A stretch of 29,809 bases of DNA from an uncultured bacterium (GTDB taxonomy: Bacteria; Chloroflexota; Chloroflexia; Thermomicrobiales; UBA6265), in assembly GCA_965651105.1 (NCBI GenBank), contig CBFGRG010000001.1:1-29809 (forward strand). Reading direction: 5' to 3'. The notes under the pieces are model-generated. The model ran no database searches. It was not told the DNA's origin and was given only the letters and a program-made list of their open reading frames with translations. The position numbers were made by a program, and so were the translations under genes. Below, one piece after another: positions 5,294-14,116 of this stretch (positions are counted from its first letter, which is position 1; every line of letters starts with the position of its first letter).

Positions 5294-8278
5294 GTGGCAC
5301 CATTGAAGCTTTCCCTGCTGGGGCCGCTGCATGTCGAGCGTGACGGCCAACCGATCTCTGGCCCGGTATATGCCAAGGTGCTGGCGCTGCTGGTCTTCCT
5401 TGCGGTCGAGTCGGACCGCCCGCACCAGCGTTCCGCGCTGGCTGCGCTGCTCTGGCCCGACCAGTCGGAGGATCGCGCTCGCCACAGCCTTCGCCAGGCA
5501 CTCAGCACGCTGCGCCGGGCGGTCGACGCCGGGGCGCAGCACCCATCGATAACCGTCACCCGCAACACGGTGACGTTCAATCGCGATGGCGGACACGACG
5601 TGGATGTGATCGAGCTGATGAGCCTGCTGGACGCCTCGGACCGGCACGATCACGACGACGCGGCGACCTGCGCGTCGTGCGCTGACCGGCGCGAGCGCGC
5701 CGTGGCGCTCTACCGGGGCGATCTGGTCGATGGGTTCACCATTCCCGACAGCGACGTGTTCGAGGACTGGGTGCAGGTCTGGCGCCAGCGCTTCCGCGAG
5801 CGGGTGGTGACTGCGCTCGACGACATCTCGACGTGGCATGAACGGATGGGCCGCCGCGACCTGGCGATCTCGGCGGTCCGGCGCCAGCTGGAGCTGGACC
5901 CCTGGCGTGAACCGGGGCATCGCCGCTTGATGGATCTGCTCTGGCAGGACGGCAACCGCGCCGGCGCGCTCGCCCAGTTCGAACGCTGTCGCGACCTCCT
6001 GGATGCCGAGGTCGGAGTCGAGCCCGAGCCGGAGACCATCGCGCTGTACGAGCGGATACGCGACGGAACACCTCACGCCGCCACCACCGGGACCGATTCC
6101 GTCGGCGCGGCGCGGCCGCTCCCCGCCCCGGCCACTCGCCTCGTCGGGCGCACACGCGAGCTGGAGGAAATCACCGACCTGCTCGAGCAACGCGGCTGCA
6201 GGCTGCTGACGCTGGCCGGACCCGGCGGCGTCGGCAAGACACGACTGGCGCTGCACATCGCGCACGAACGCGCCAGGCGTCGCGGCGAAATCGTCGGCGT
6301 GGTCCCGCTCACCCACGTTCACGACGCCGACGGCATCTGCGCGGCGATCGCCGACACCTTTGGGCTATCGGTGCAGCCGTCCCGGCCGATCCTGGCGCAA
6401 ATCGCGGGGTGGCTCCACGGGCGCGACGTCTTCCTGGTCATGGACAACGCCGAACACCTCACCGCCGAGATGGACGTGCTCTCGGACCTGCTGGCGGCCG
6501 AGCCGGGCCTGACCTTGCTCGTGACGACGCGGGAGCGCATTCGGCTCGCCGCGGAGTGGGTCTACGAAGTCCGCGGGATGAGCGTGCCGACAAATCCGGA
6601 TACCGACGCGTTCGAGGGTTACGACGCGGTCGAGCTGTTCATGGAGCGTGTTCGGCAGGTGCGCCCGGGAGCGCCGCTCCGGCACGATGAGCGACCAGAC
6701 GCGATCCGCATCTGCCAGCTCGTTTCGGGCTTCCCACTGGCCCTGGAGCTCGCGGCCGCATGGGCCGCGACCCTGCCGCTCGAGCGCATCGCGAGCGAAA
6801 TCCAGGAAAATCTCGATTTCCTCGCGGCAACCACGCGGGACCTCCCCGATCGCCACGCCAGCCTGCGCGCCGTGTTCTCGTCATCGTGGGAAATGCTCTC
6901 CCCCATCGAGCAGACAGCGTGGCGCCGCCTCTCGGTGTTCGACGATGGCTTCGATCTCGCCGCTGCCAGGGAAGTCACCGGTACGGATCTCGCCACGCTC
7001 GCGAACCTGATCAACAAATCGCTGCTGTCGCGCCTCGACCTCGACCGGTATCTCCTCCACCAGTTGCTGCGACAGTACGGGGACGAACTGCTCCAGCAGA
7101 ACCCGGAGGAGTATCGCGACACCCGGGACCTGCACGCGCGGCACTTTCTCGGCAGGCTCGCGGGGATGGAGGAGGCGCTCACAGGTCGCGACCAGCCGCA
7201 GGCGCTGGAGACGATAGAGGATATGCTCGGCAACCTCCGATCGGCGTGGTCATGGGCGGCGAAAGGCGAGGCGATCGACGAGATGGTCGCGGCGGCGCAC
7301 GCATTCTGGCTCTATCACGCGATCCGCGGCCGGATGGGAGAGGGTGCGGCAACCTTTGGAGAGATGCTCGAAGCGCTCGAACGCCGAGCCTGCGAAGGCG
7401 ATACAGAGAGCTGCGGGCGGACACTGGCCCTTGCCCGGGTGTACACCGGCGGGTTCCGCAGCGGGCTCGGGCGCTACGATGAGGGCATCGAGCTCCTGCG
7501 AGACGGCATCGCGACCCTCCGCGAATGCGGAACCGGCCGGGATCTGGGGCTGGCCCTCAACATGCTCGCCGCCGCGCTGACGATGAAGGGCCGCGATACC
7601 GAGGTCCGTGATTGCCTGCAGGAGAGCCTCGAAGCCTCCGAGCGCGCGGGCGACCGATGGACGACGGCGTTCGCGCTGAACGATCTCGGCATGTTGCTGC
7701 ACAAGCATTTCGGGGATGACGACGCCTCGCGGCACTGCGAACGCAGTCGCACCATCTTCCGGCAGATCGGCGATGCGCGCGGCCAGGCCTTCGCCGCCCA
7801 CAACCTCGGCATCATCGCTTTCGAGCAAGGCCGGTATCGCCGCGCGATGGCGCTTCACCACGAGGCGAAGTCGCTCCGATCGGAGATCAACGACACATGG
7901 GGCGTCGCGACATCGCTGGTGCAAATCGGCGTCGTCTCCCGTGCCACGGGCGCAACCGACGCAGCTCGCCGCGAGCTCACGCGCGCCCTCCGTGTCGCCT
8001 GGGAGAGCTCGATCGTGCCGGTCGTGCTGGAAGCGCTCGTCGAGCTCGCCGGGCTGGATATCGACATGGGCACGGCCGACGACACCGAAGGGACGCTCGC
8101 CGCTCTTGCCGCGCATCCGGTGTTGCCGAGACACATGCGGCCGCGACTGGAGCACCTGATGGCGCTCGCCGGCGTCGAGCCCGCATGGCCGGAGCCCGAT
8201 GCCGAAGACAACCGATGGGCAACTCAGGCGGTGGACCGGCTCGCGCGCCGAGCGCTGGCCGGTGGCGTCACCACCTGA
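5294..8278 (+). CDS. AfsR/SARP-family transcriptional regulator: OmpR-type wHTH + BTAD + NB-ARC/STAND ATPase + TPR repeats
   Basis: LSLLGPLHV..ALLVFLA..LLWPD..SLRQALSTLRR; LELDPWRE..LMDLL..G.RAGALAQFE (BTAD); Walker A GPGGVGKT; Walker B LVMDNAEHL; GFPLALELAA; Ala/Leu-rich TPR C-terminus. Confidence 0.93.
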   Translation: MAPLKLSLLGPLHVERDGQPISGPVYAKVLALLVFLAVESDRPHQRSALAALLWPDQSEDRARHSLRQALSTLRRAVDAGAQHPSITVTRNTVTFNRDGGHDVDVIELMSLLDASDRHDHDDAATCASCADRRERAVALYRGDLVDGFTIPDSDVFEDWVQVWRQRFRERVVTALDDISTWHERMGRRDLAISAVRRQLELDPWREPGHRRLMDLLWQDGNRAGALAQFERCRDLLDAEVGVEPEPETIALYERIRDGTPHAATTGTDSVGAARPLPAPATRLVGRTRELEEITDLLEQRGCRLLTLAGPGGVGKTRLALHIAHERARRRGEIVGVVPLTHVHDADGICAAIADTFGLSVQPSRPILAQIAGWLHGRDVFLVMDNAEHLTAEMDVLSDLLAAEPGLTLLVTTRERIRLAAEWVYEVRGMSVPTNPDTDAFEGYDAVELFMERVRQVRPGAPLRHDERPDAIRICQLVSGFPLALELAAAWAATLPLERIASEIQENLDFLAATTRDLPDRHASLRAVFSSSWEMLSPIEQTAWRRLSVFDDGFDLAAAREVTGTDLATLANLINKSLLSRLDLDRYLLHQLLRQYGDELLQQNPEEYRDTRDLHARHFLGRLAGMEEALTGRDQPQALETIEDMLGNLRSAWSWAAKGEAIDEMVAAAHAFWLYHAIRGRMGEGAATFGEMLEALERRACEGDTESCGRTLALARVYTGGFRSGLGRYDEGIELLRDGIATLRECGTGRDLGLALNMLAAALTMKGRDTEVRDCLQESLEASERAGDRWTTAFALNDLGMLLHKHFGDDDASRHCERSRTIFRQIGDARGQAFAAHNLGIIAFEQGRYRRAMALHHEAKSLRSEINDTWGVATSLVQIGVVSRATGATDAARRELTRALRVAWESSIVPVVLEALVELAGLDIDMGTADDTEGTLAALAAHPVLPRHMRPRLEHLMALAGVEPAWPEPDAEDNRWATQAVDRLARRALAGGVTT

Positions 8279-8293
8279 CGCCGCAACGTCGCA

Positions 8294-8336
8294 ACCCGGT
8301 GCCGATGCGCAGTGCCTCGCGTCGTGGCACCCGGGT
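8294..8336. terminator. GC-rich hairpin between convergent genes (possible bidirectional terminator, no U-tract)
   Basis: ACCCGGTGC-CGATGCG pairs with CGCGTCG-TG-GCAC-CCGGGT between the stops at 8278 and 8360. Confidence 0.35.
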
Positions 8337-8359
8337 CACGCTCTGAAAAACCGGTGGGG

Positions 8360-9007
8360 CTACCGCGTCGCCCACAGCAGGCCGCGCTCGACGATCGTCT
8401 GGGCCTCCGGCACTTCGAAGTCAGCATCGACGTGGCCCAGCGAGCAGTAGAAGACCTTGCCCTCACCATACTTGCGTTTCCACACAACCGGCATCACCGT
8501 GCCCTCGATCCAGGGCGCATGCTCCCCGGAAAACGTGGTCGTCGCCAGGACCTCGTTCGACGGGTCGACATGCATCAGGTACTGCTCCGAGTGCATCGCG
8601 AAATCGCTCAGCCCGGCGGTGATGGGGTCGTCGTGGTTGGTGATGTTCACCGTGTAGTCGATGATGTTGCCGGGGTGCGCGACCCACTGGCCCCCACAGG
8701 CGAACTGGTACTCGGTGCTGGCACGGAAGGCATCGCCCATACCGCCATGCCAACCCCCGAGGCCGGCCCCGGCCTTGACCGCGCCAAGCAGCCCGGCCTC
8801 CTGCTCCTTCGTAATCTCGCTCTGGGTGTAGACGGGCACGATCAGGTCGTACCGGGCCATGCGATCGGTATCGGCGAGCACGTCGAGCGTCTCGACCAGG
8901 TCAACCTCGTACCCATGTCCTTCCAGGATCCGGGCGAACCGCTTCGCCGTGAGCTCGGGCTCGTGCCCCTGCCAACCGCCGTAAAATATCAGCGCCTGCT
9001 TCGCCAT
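8360..9007 (-). CDS. ThuA-like domain protein (class I glutamine amidotransferase-like fold)
   Basis: Start at the ATG run after GGAGG (9007; 9010 and 9013 also possible). [13 protein letters not shown]; GWHGG; GGQWVAHPG; EQYLMHVDP; [10 protein letters not shown]. Confidence 0.9.
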   Translation of the reverse strand: MAKQALIFYGGWQGHEPELTAKRFARILEGHGYEVDLVETLDVLADTDRMARYDLIVPVYTQSEITKEQEAGLLGAVKAGAGLGGWHGGMGDAFRASTEYQFACGGQWVAHPGNIIDYTVNITNHDDPITAGLSDFAMHSEQYLMHVDPSNEVLATTTFSGEHAPWIEGTVMPVVWKRKYGEGKVFYCSLGHVDADFEVPEAQTIVERGLLWATR

Positions 9008-9089
9008 CATCATCCTCCACACTTCCACCCGCTCGCCACGTCGCGCGGCGCCGAGCGCGTCACTATTTCGATTTCGCCTCAGGTAGCGC

Positions 9090-10433
9090 TCACGCCCGAC
9101 CAGCGAAGCGTATGACCAGATCGTAAATGAACTGCGTGCCGAAGGCGAGATCGTCGACGTGCACGCGCTCATTGTGACCATGGACGAGCCCATCGTAGAG
9201 TTGCAGGCGCTCGGTCGGCAGGTTCGGGAAGAAGCCGTAAACCTTCACGCCGGGAATCAGCGGCGCATCGGTCCCGCCCGAGGACATCGTCGGAATCACC
9301 GCAGCGCCAGGGTCGAGCTCGGCGACCGTCTCGACGATCGCATCGAAAAAGGACGATTCGGCGTCGGCGGCCGTTCCACCATCCGGCGAGACAATCTCGA
9401 TCGACGCGAGATCGCCCACCACCGCCTGCACCTCGGCCCGGAACGCCTCCGGATCCTGTCCAGGGAGCACACGGCCGTCGATATCGACCACGATCTCGCC
9501 GGGGATCACGTTGATCCGCTGCCCGCCGTGGATCATCGTTGGCACCGCCGTGTTGCGGGTGGTCGCCCGCAGCGTCAGCAGCTCGTCTTCATTGAATGGC
9601 AGCTTCGCCAGATCGTCCCACGCGACATCGTCGCGCGCGAGCAGATTCCGGACCGTCTCGGCCAGATCCCCGCCGACCGTATCAGCGATCGTTGTCAGCA
9701 TCGTCCGCACCGTCGGGGTGAAGACGGTCGGCGCCTGCCAGGCGTGGAGTCGCAGGAGCGCCTCACCGAGCCTGCTCATGGCGGTCTCGTCGAGCGGCAC
9801 CGAAGCGTGCCCCGGCGTGCCGGTGACGACCATCCGCAGGTGCGTCGAGCCCTTCTCCGCCACCTGGCAACCGTAGAACCGATGTCCTTCGACCTCTATC
9901 GGCGCGCCGCCGCCCTCATTGATCGCGAACTCGGCGTCGATCAGGTCGCGGTGATGCTTCCACATCCAGTCCGCGCCGAACGCGCCGCCCTCCTCCTCGT
10001 CCGCGAATGCGACGAAGATGACATCGCGATCGAGCGGGACGTTGCGCTCCTTCAGCGCCAGCATCACGGCCAGCTCGGCGGCGACCTGCCCCTTCATGTC
10101 GAGCGCGCCGCGTCCCCAGATATAGTCGTCAACCAGCTCGCCCCCGAACGGATCCCGCTCCCAGCGCTCCGGCTCGACCGTGACTACGTCGGTGTGGCCC
10201 ATCAGCATGATCGGTCGGCCAACAGGATTGTCCGCCCGCAGGCGCGCGACGAGCGTGGCGCGATTCGGTGCCGATTCGAGCACATCCACCTCGTCGAAGC
10301 CCGCCCCCCGCAGAATCGACGCGATGTGGTCGGCAGCCAGTTTCTCGTTGCCCGGTGGGCTCATGGTATTGAGGCGCAGCAGCGCCTGCAGGTGCTCGAC
10401 CGCGCTCTCGCGCAGGGCAGGATCGACATTCAT
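9090..10433 (-). CDS. M20/M25/M40 family metallopeptidase/amidohydrolase (ArgE/DapE/ACY1-like)
   Basis: GHTDVV; GRGALDMKG; DEEEGG; NEGG; AEKG; GGTD; HGHNER. Start ATG 10433 or GTG 10439; the track's 721-aa version over-extends into the antisense strand of SCO. Confidence 0.92.
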   Translation of the reverse strand: MNVDPALRESAVEHLQALLRLNTMSPPGNEKLAADHIASILRGAGFDEVDVLESAPNRATLVARLRADNPVGRPIMLMGHTDVVTVEPERWERDPFGGELVDDYIWGRGALDMKGQVAAELAVMLALKERNVPLDRDVIFVAFADEEEGGAFGADWMWKHHRDLIDAEFAINEGGGAPIEVEGHRFYGCQVAEKGSTHLRMVVTGTPGHASVPLDETAMSRLGEALLRLHAWQAPTVFTPTVRTMLTTIADTVGGDLAETVRNLLARDDVAWDDLAKLPFNEDELLTLRATTRNTAVPTMIHGGQRINVIPGEIVVDIDGRVLPGQDPEAFRAEVQAVVGDLASIEIVSPDGGTAADAESSFFDAIVETVAELDPGAAVIPTMSSGGTDAPLIPGVKVYGFFPNLPTERLQLYDGLVHGHNERVHVDDLAFGTQFIYDLVIRFAGRA

Positions 10434-10585
10434 ACTCACAGGCTTGCCTCGAAACGCGGCCGGCATCGCCGGCACCGACAGGTTGCACGGGCACATCCTA
10501 CACGCGGTCAGGCAGGCGTGCCGATCCTCGCCGGGCTCAGGGGTATCGCCGGTCGGTTCAATCGCCTCTTGTCGACTCCGGGCCG

Positions 10586-10594
10586 TGGTAGCAT
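10586..10594 (+). promoter_or_regulatory. candidate extended -10 promoter for the SCO/PCuAC operon
   Basis: TG-G-TAGCAT, 46 nt upstream of the SCO ATG. Confidence 0.35.
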
Positions 10595-10640
10595 GCTGGC
10601 GATGGGCCGAATCACGCGGCGGTTCGCCGGAAAGTGACAC

Positions 10641-11270
10641 ATGACCGAACTTCTCAAGGACAAGCCGTGGGTGCTCGGGCTGCTGGTGATGGGCGTCGCC
10701 CTTGCCGGTTTCGGGGTTTGGAACCTGACGAGCGAGACGCCGTATGAATGGCACGGCGCGGCGTACGATCCGCCTCGCAGCGGTGTCGACTTCACCCTGA
10801 CTGACACCGAAGGCGAACCGCTCTCGACGACCGAGCTCGAGGGCAAGATCGTGTTGCTCTACTTCGGATACACCTACTGTCCCGACTTTTGCCCCGCCAC
10901 GCTGACCGACTTCCAGCGCATCAAGCAGGACCTCGGCGACGATGCCGACCAGGTCGCCTTCGTCATGGTCACCGTCGATCCTGAGCGCGATACTCCCGAG
11001 CGCATGAAGGAGTATCTGGAGTTCTTCGACGAAACCTTCATCGGGCTGACCGGATCCGAAGAGGAGCTGGCGCCGATCAAGGACCAGTTCGGCATCATTT
11101 CCATGGCGGGTGATGCGACGCCCCAGAGCGACGGCGACCAGGTCTACTGGGTCGACCACTCGACCAAGGTCTACGCTCTCGACAAGGATGGGAATCTCGC
11201 GCTCGAGTACGCGTTTGGCGCCGACCCTGCCGATATCACCGAGGACGTCGAGCACCTGATCGACTCCTGA
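10641..11270 (+). CDS. SCO family (SCO1/SenC/PrrC) copper chaperone, N-terminal membrane anchor
   Basis: YFGYTYCPDFCP (CxxxC); VTVDPERDTP; conserved His in VDHS. Confidence 0.93.
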   Translation: MTELLKDKPWVLGLLVMGVALAGFGVWNLTSETPYEWHGAAYDPPRSGVDFTLTDTEGEPLSTTELEGKIVLLYFGYTYCPDFCPATLTDFQRIKQDLGDDADQVAFVMVTVDPERDTPERMKEYLEFFDETFIGLTGSEEELAPIKDQFGIISMAGDATPQSDGDQVYWVDHSTKVYALDKDGNLALEYAFGADPADITEDVEHLIDS

Positions 11271-11301
11271 CGATCACCGATCGACCCGAAAGGACACGCT
11301 C

Positions 11302-11907
11302 ATGGCCACCCGACGCTTCCTGACGATCACCGCCACGCTCGTCGCGATCCTTGCGACCGCACTCGCCGGGTCACTCGTTGCGGCCGAGCACGACCACGAG
11401 CATGCCCACGCAACACCGGACGCGCACGATCATCATGACGAGCACCACGCGGACGAGATGGGCGGAACCGGCACGGGTGTGGTGTACATGACCATCGAAA
11501 ACACCGGAGACGACGACGACGCGCTCCTCGGCGGCAGCACCGACCGCGCGCAGACGGTGGAAGTGCACGAGATGCGCGTCCAGGACGACATCGGCATCAT
11601 GGTGCCGCACGATGGCCCGCTCGTGATCCCGGCCGGCGAGTCGGTCGCGCTCGAGCCGGCAGGGCTGCACATCATGTTGATCGACCTCAACGACGACATT
11701 CGACTCGGCGACACCTTCGACCTGACCCTCGAATTCGAACAGGCAGGCGAGGTGACCATCCCCGTGACGGCGGCGCTCGATGCCGAGGACGCCGAGGGCG
11801 AGTCGATCGAAGCCGGTGACCTCGAGATCAGCGGTGTCTGGAGTCGCCCTGCGCCGCGCATCGATGGCGCGTCGCCGGCAACACCCGATGCCTCCCCGGC
11901 CGCCTGA
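11302..11907 (+). CDS. copper chaperone PCu(A)C, secreted, with His-rich N-terminal tract
   Basis: Signal peptide; YMTIEN; EVHEM-x10-M-x21-HIM matches the H(M)X10MX21HXM Cu(I) motif; RBS GAAAGGA. Confidence 0.9.
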   Translation: MATRRFLTITATLVAILATALAGSLVAAEHDHEHAHATPDAHDHHDEHHADEMGGTGTGVVYMTIENTGDDDDALLGGSTDRAQTVEVHEMRVQDDIGIMVPHDGPLVIPAGESVALEPAGLHIMLIDLNDDIRLGDTFDLTLEFEQAGEVTIPVTAALDAEDAEGESIEAGDLEISGVWSRPAPRIDGASPATPDASPAA

Positions 11908-11912
11908 CCCCG

Positions 11913-12356
11913 ATGCCTGACGAGGTCCCCCCGAACGCCGCCACCAGCGACGATGCACCAGCACCGCCGGAACGCCTGGACCGTTCGCGGCGGCTGTTGC
12001 TCGCTATCGGCGCGATCGGGCTGCTGCTGACCGTCTCGCTGGGCGGCTTCGCGCTGCTGTGGGATGGCAGCGAGCCGGGTGGCCTGACGCTGGTGATCCC
12101 GAACGGCGTCGCGGCGACGCTGGACTACCCGACGATCGATTCGGCGATCGCGGTGCCGACGGAGCTGGTGTTCGAGCGCGGCGAAGTGTTGACCATCCGC
12201 AACGAGGACTCGGCCGCGAACCGGGCGGGTCCGTGGGTGCTCGGCGCCGGCGAGACGTTGCGCATGAAATTCGACACGCCCGGCGAGTACACCTACCTCT
12301 GCACCGTCGACGAGTCGGAAAACGTCACCGTCACCGTGCTGGAGCGCGGCACCTGA
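11913..12356 (+). CDS. membrane-anchored cupredoxin-fold-like protein
   Basis: One TM helix, then GEVLTIRNED...GETLRMKFDTPGEYTYLCTV, a typical cupredoxin strand pattern. Follows PCuAC with a 5-nt gap. Confidence 0.7.
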   Translation: MPDEVPPNAATSDDAPAPPERLDRSRRLLLAIGAIGLLLTVSLGGFALLWDGSEPGGLTLVIPNGVAATLDYPTIDSAIAVPTELVFERGEVLTIRNEDSAANRAGPWVLGAGETLRMKFDTPGEYTYLCTVDESENVTVTVLERGT

Positions 12357-12374
12357 TCGCGACGGGCCGTAGGG

Positions 12375-12380
12375 TAAAAT
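12375..12380 (+). promoter_or_regulatory. candidate -10 element for the tRNA gene
   Basis: TAAAAT 28 nt upstream of the tRNA; no convincing -35. Confidence 0.35.
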
Positions 12381-12408
12381 GGCAACGCGTCGCCGAGCGA
12401 GGCGACAG

Positions 12409-12492
12409 GCCGAATTGGTGGAATTGGCAGACACGCCAGCCTTAGGAGCTGGTGCCCGCGAGGGTGTGTGGGTTCGAGTCCCGCGTTCGGCA
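12409..12492 (+). tRNA. tRNA-Leu (anticodon TAG), CCA not fully encoded
   Basis: Acceptor stem GCCGAAT/GTTCGGC; D-loop TGGTGGAATTGGCAGAC; anticodon arm CCAGC-CT-TAG-GA-GCTGG; long variable arm; T-arm GTGGG-TTCGAGT-CCCGC; discriminator A. Confidence 0.97.
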
Positions 12493-12548
12493 CCGAGCAA
12501 TCAATTGGTTCAACGAATGGTTTTCCCGCGAGGACCGGGTTGCGCTGG

Positions 12549-12893
12549 CTATCCGGAATAGACGCGCACGCGCGCGAACTTTCCGCCGGAAACCCGGATC
12601 ACGTTGGCGCCGCACTGTGGGTGCCGCCCGCCATCGTGGTCGATCATCACCGCCTCCCATTCGAGGCAGGCCTCGTCGCCGACGGTGAGCTCACCGACGA
12701 TCTCAACCTCCAGCCCCGGGAACTGCGCGATCGCGTCCTCGTAGAACCGGCGAATCTCGTCATGTCCGCGCAGGCTGGCACCGGGCGCGACGAGCTCGGC
12801 GTCCTCGTGGAAATGGGCCAGGATCGCCTCGATATCTCGCGAGCATTCCGCTCGCCAATAGGCTTCGGCAACCTCACGTGGGGAACTCGCCAT
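12549..12893 (-). CDS. nuclear transport factor 2 / SnoaL-like protein
   Basis: REVAEAYWRAECSRDIEAILAHFHEDA..LRGHDEIRRFY..GDEACLEW..GKFARVRVY pattern; RBS GAGGAGG. Confidence 0.8.
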   Translation of the reverse strand: MASSPREVAEAYWRAECSRDIEAILAHFHEDAELVAPGASLRGHDEIRRFYEDAIAQFPGLEVEIVGELTVGDEACLEWEAVMIDHDGGRHPQCGANVIRVSGGKFARVRVYSG

Positions 12894-13017
12894 CGTCCGT
12901 GCCCTCCTCGTCTCGACCGCTCGGCTGGCTCGTGTTTTGGATGATGTTCAGATACCGCACCGCCAGCGAGCCGTCAAGTCAGTCCGATCCGGGCGCGCAC
13001 GAACCCTATGGCCCCGG

Positions 13018-13887
13018 TCAGGCTCCAGTGCCCCAGCCGAGCCGCCGCCACGCTGATGCGGGCAGGATCTGGTCGACTCGCTCCAGCACCCAGTCGGGCC
13101 GGTCGGTCGGGGCGATCCCGGCCAGCATCGCCGGCGTCGTCTCGCCCGTCAGCACAAGCGCCGAAGGCATTCCCGCGTCGAGCGCCATGCGGATATCGGT
13201 CATCAGCCGGTCGCCGATCATCACACAGCGCTCCGCCGGCAGCTCCAGCCGCGCCAGCGCCGCCGCGAGCATGTACGGGTCGGGCTTGCCCGTATGCCGC
13301 CGCAGCGTCGTGCCGGTGCATCCCTCGACCGCGCCGATGATCGCCGCCGCGTCCGGCTCGCCCCGGCCACCGGGAAACGGGCAGAACCGGTCGGGATTGG
13401 TCGCCACCAGAAAGGCGCGACCCTCGGTGCGGATCGCGTCAAAGGCGATCTGCAGCTTCCGGTAGTCGAACCCCCGGTCGTAACTGGCGATCACGATGTC
13501 GATCTCGCGCGGATCTTCCGACATCCGGATCCCGGCAGCGGAGAGCGCATCCTTCAACGGCTGCTCGCTGATCGGGAACACCGTCGCCTCGGGGTGGTGC
13601 GCCAGCAGCCAGGCGGTCATCGTGTCGACCGTGTTCAGCACCTGCTCGGGCGTGGCAGCGATCCCGAACCGCGCCAGCTTGTGCACATACTCGGCGGGCG
13701 AGCTGGTCGGATTGTTGGAGAGGAACAGCACCTTCCGGTCGAGGGCGGCCAGCGCCTCGATCAGCCGCCTCGCGCCAGGCAGCGGGTCATCGCCGAGATA
13801 GATCGTGCCGTCGAGGTCAAAAACATACCCGTCCAGCAACTTGTCCGGACGGGCTGCTCCCGCGATGGATGTCGATTCCGACTGCAT
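13018..13887 (-). CDS. HAD-IIA family phosphatase (NagD/AraL-like)
   Basis: Motif I DLDGTIY; motif II SNN; TNPD; GKP; motif IV GDRLMTDI; LVLTG. Confidence 0.92.
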   Translation of the reverse strand: MQSESTSIAGAARPDKLLDGYVFDLDGTIYLGDDPLPGARRLIEALAALDRKVLFLSNNPTSSPAEYVHKLARFGIAATPEQVLNTVDTMTAWLLAHHPEATVFPISEQPLKDALSAAGIRMSEDPREIDIVIASYDRGFDYRKLQIAFDAIRTEGRAFLVATNPDRFCPFPGGRGEPDAAAIIGAVEGCTGTTLRRHTGKPDPYMLAAALARLELPAERCVMIGDRLMTDIRMALDAGMPSALVLTGETTPAMLAGIAPTDRPDWVLERVDQILPASAWRRLGWGTGA

Positions 13888-13995
13888 TTCTGCTCACTCT
13901 CTCATCACCGATCGCAAAAACTCCGGGCACCATCCCGGCGCCGCGACCTGCCCTCAGCATACCCAGCCTGACCAGAGCGCGCTGCACATTCGTCG

Positions 13996-14009
13996 TGCAC
14001 ATCGGTGCA
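13996..14009. promoter_or_regulatory. palindromic operator 1 (TGCAC-ATCG-GTGCA), putative SorC-family site
   Basis: Perfect TGCAC-N4-GTGCA in the divergent HAD/AraM intergenic region; recurs at 18526, 19507 and 22105. Confidence 0.7.
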
Positions 14010-14025
14010 GGACGAGACTCAGTCA

Positions 14026-14055
14026 TTGACACCCCATCTGCTTCATACGTAGCCT
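14026..14055 (+). promoter_or_regulatory. sigma70-type promoter for the araM-like/derI-like operon
   Basis: TTGACA-N18-TAGCCT. Confidence 0.55.
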
Positions 14056-14116
14056 CATTTCATGACCCGGCGTCGATTGGCCGCGTCCACTCCCGGGATG
14101 CACACGGAGCACGAAC

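Noticed and set aside
12409-12548. tRNA-Leu as an island integration site for the downstream catabolic cluster
   Set aside because: No integrase or transposase, and no second copy of the tRNA 3' end seen in the window; cannot be excluded beyond the window.
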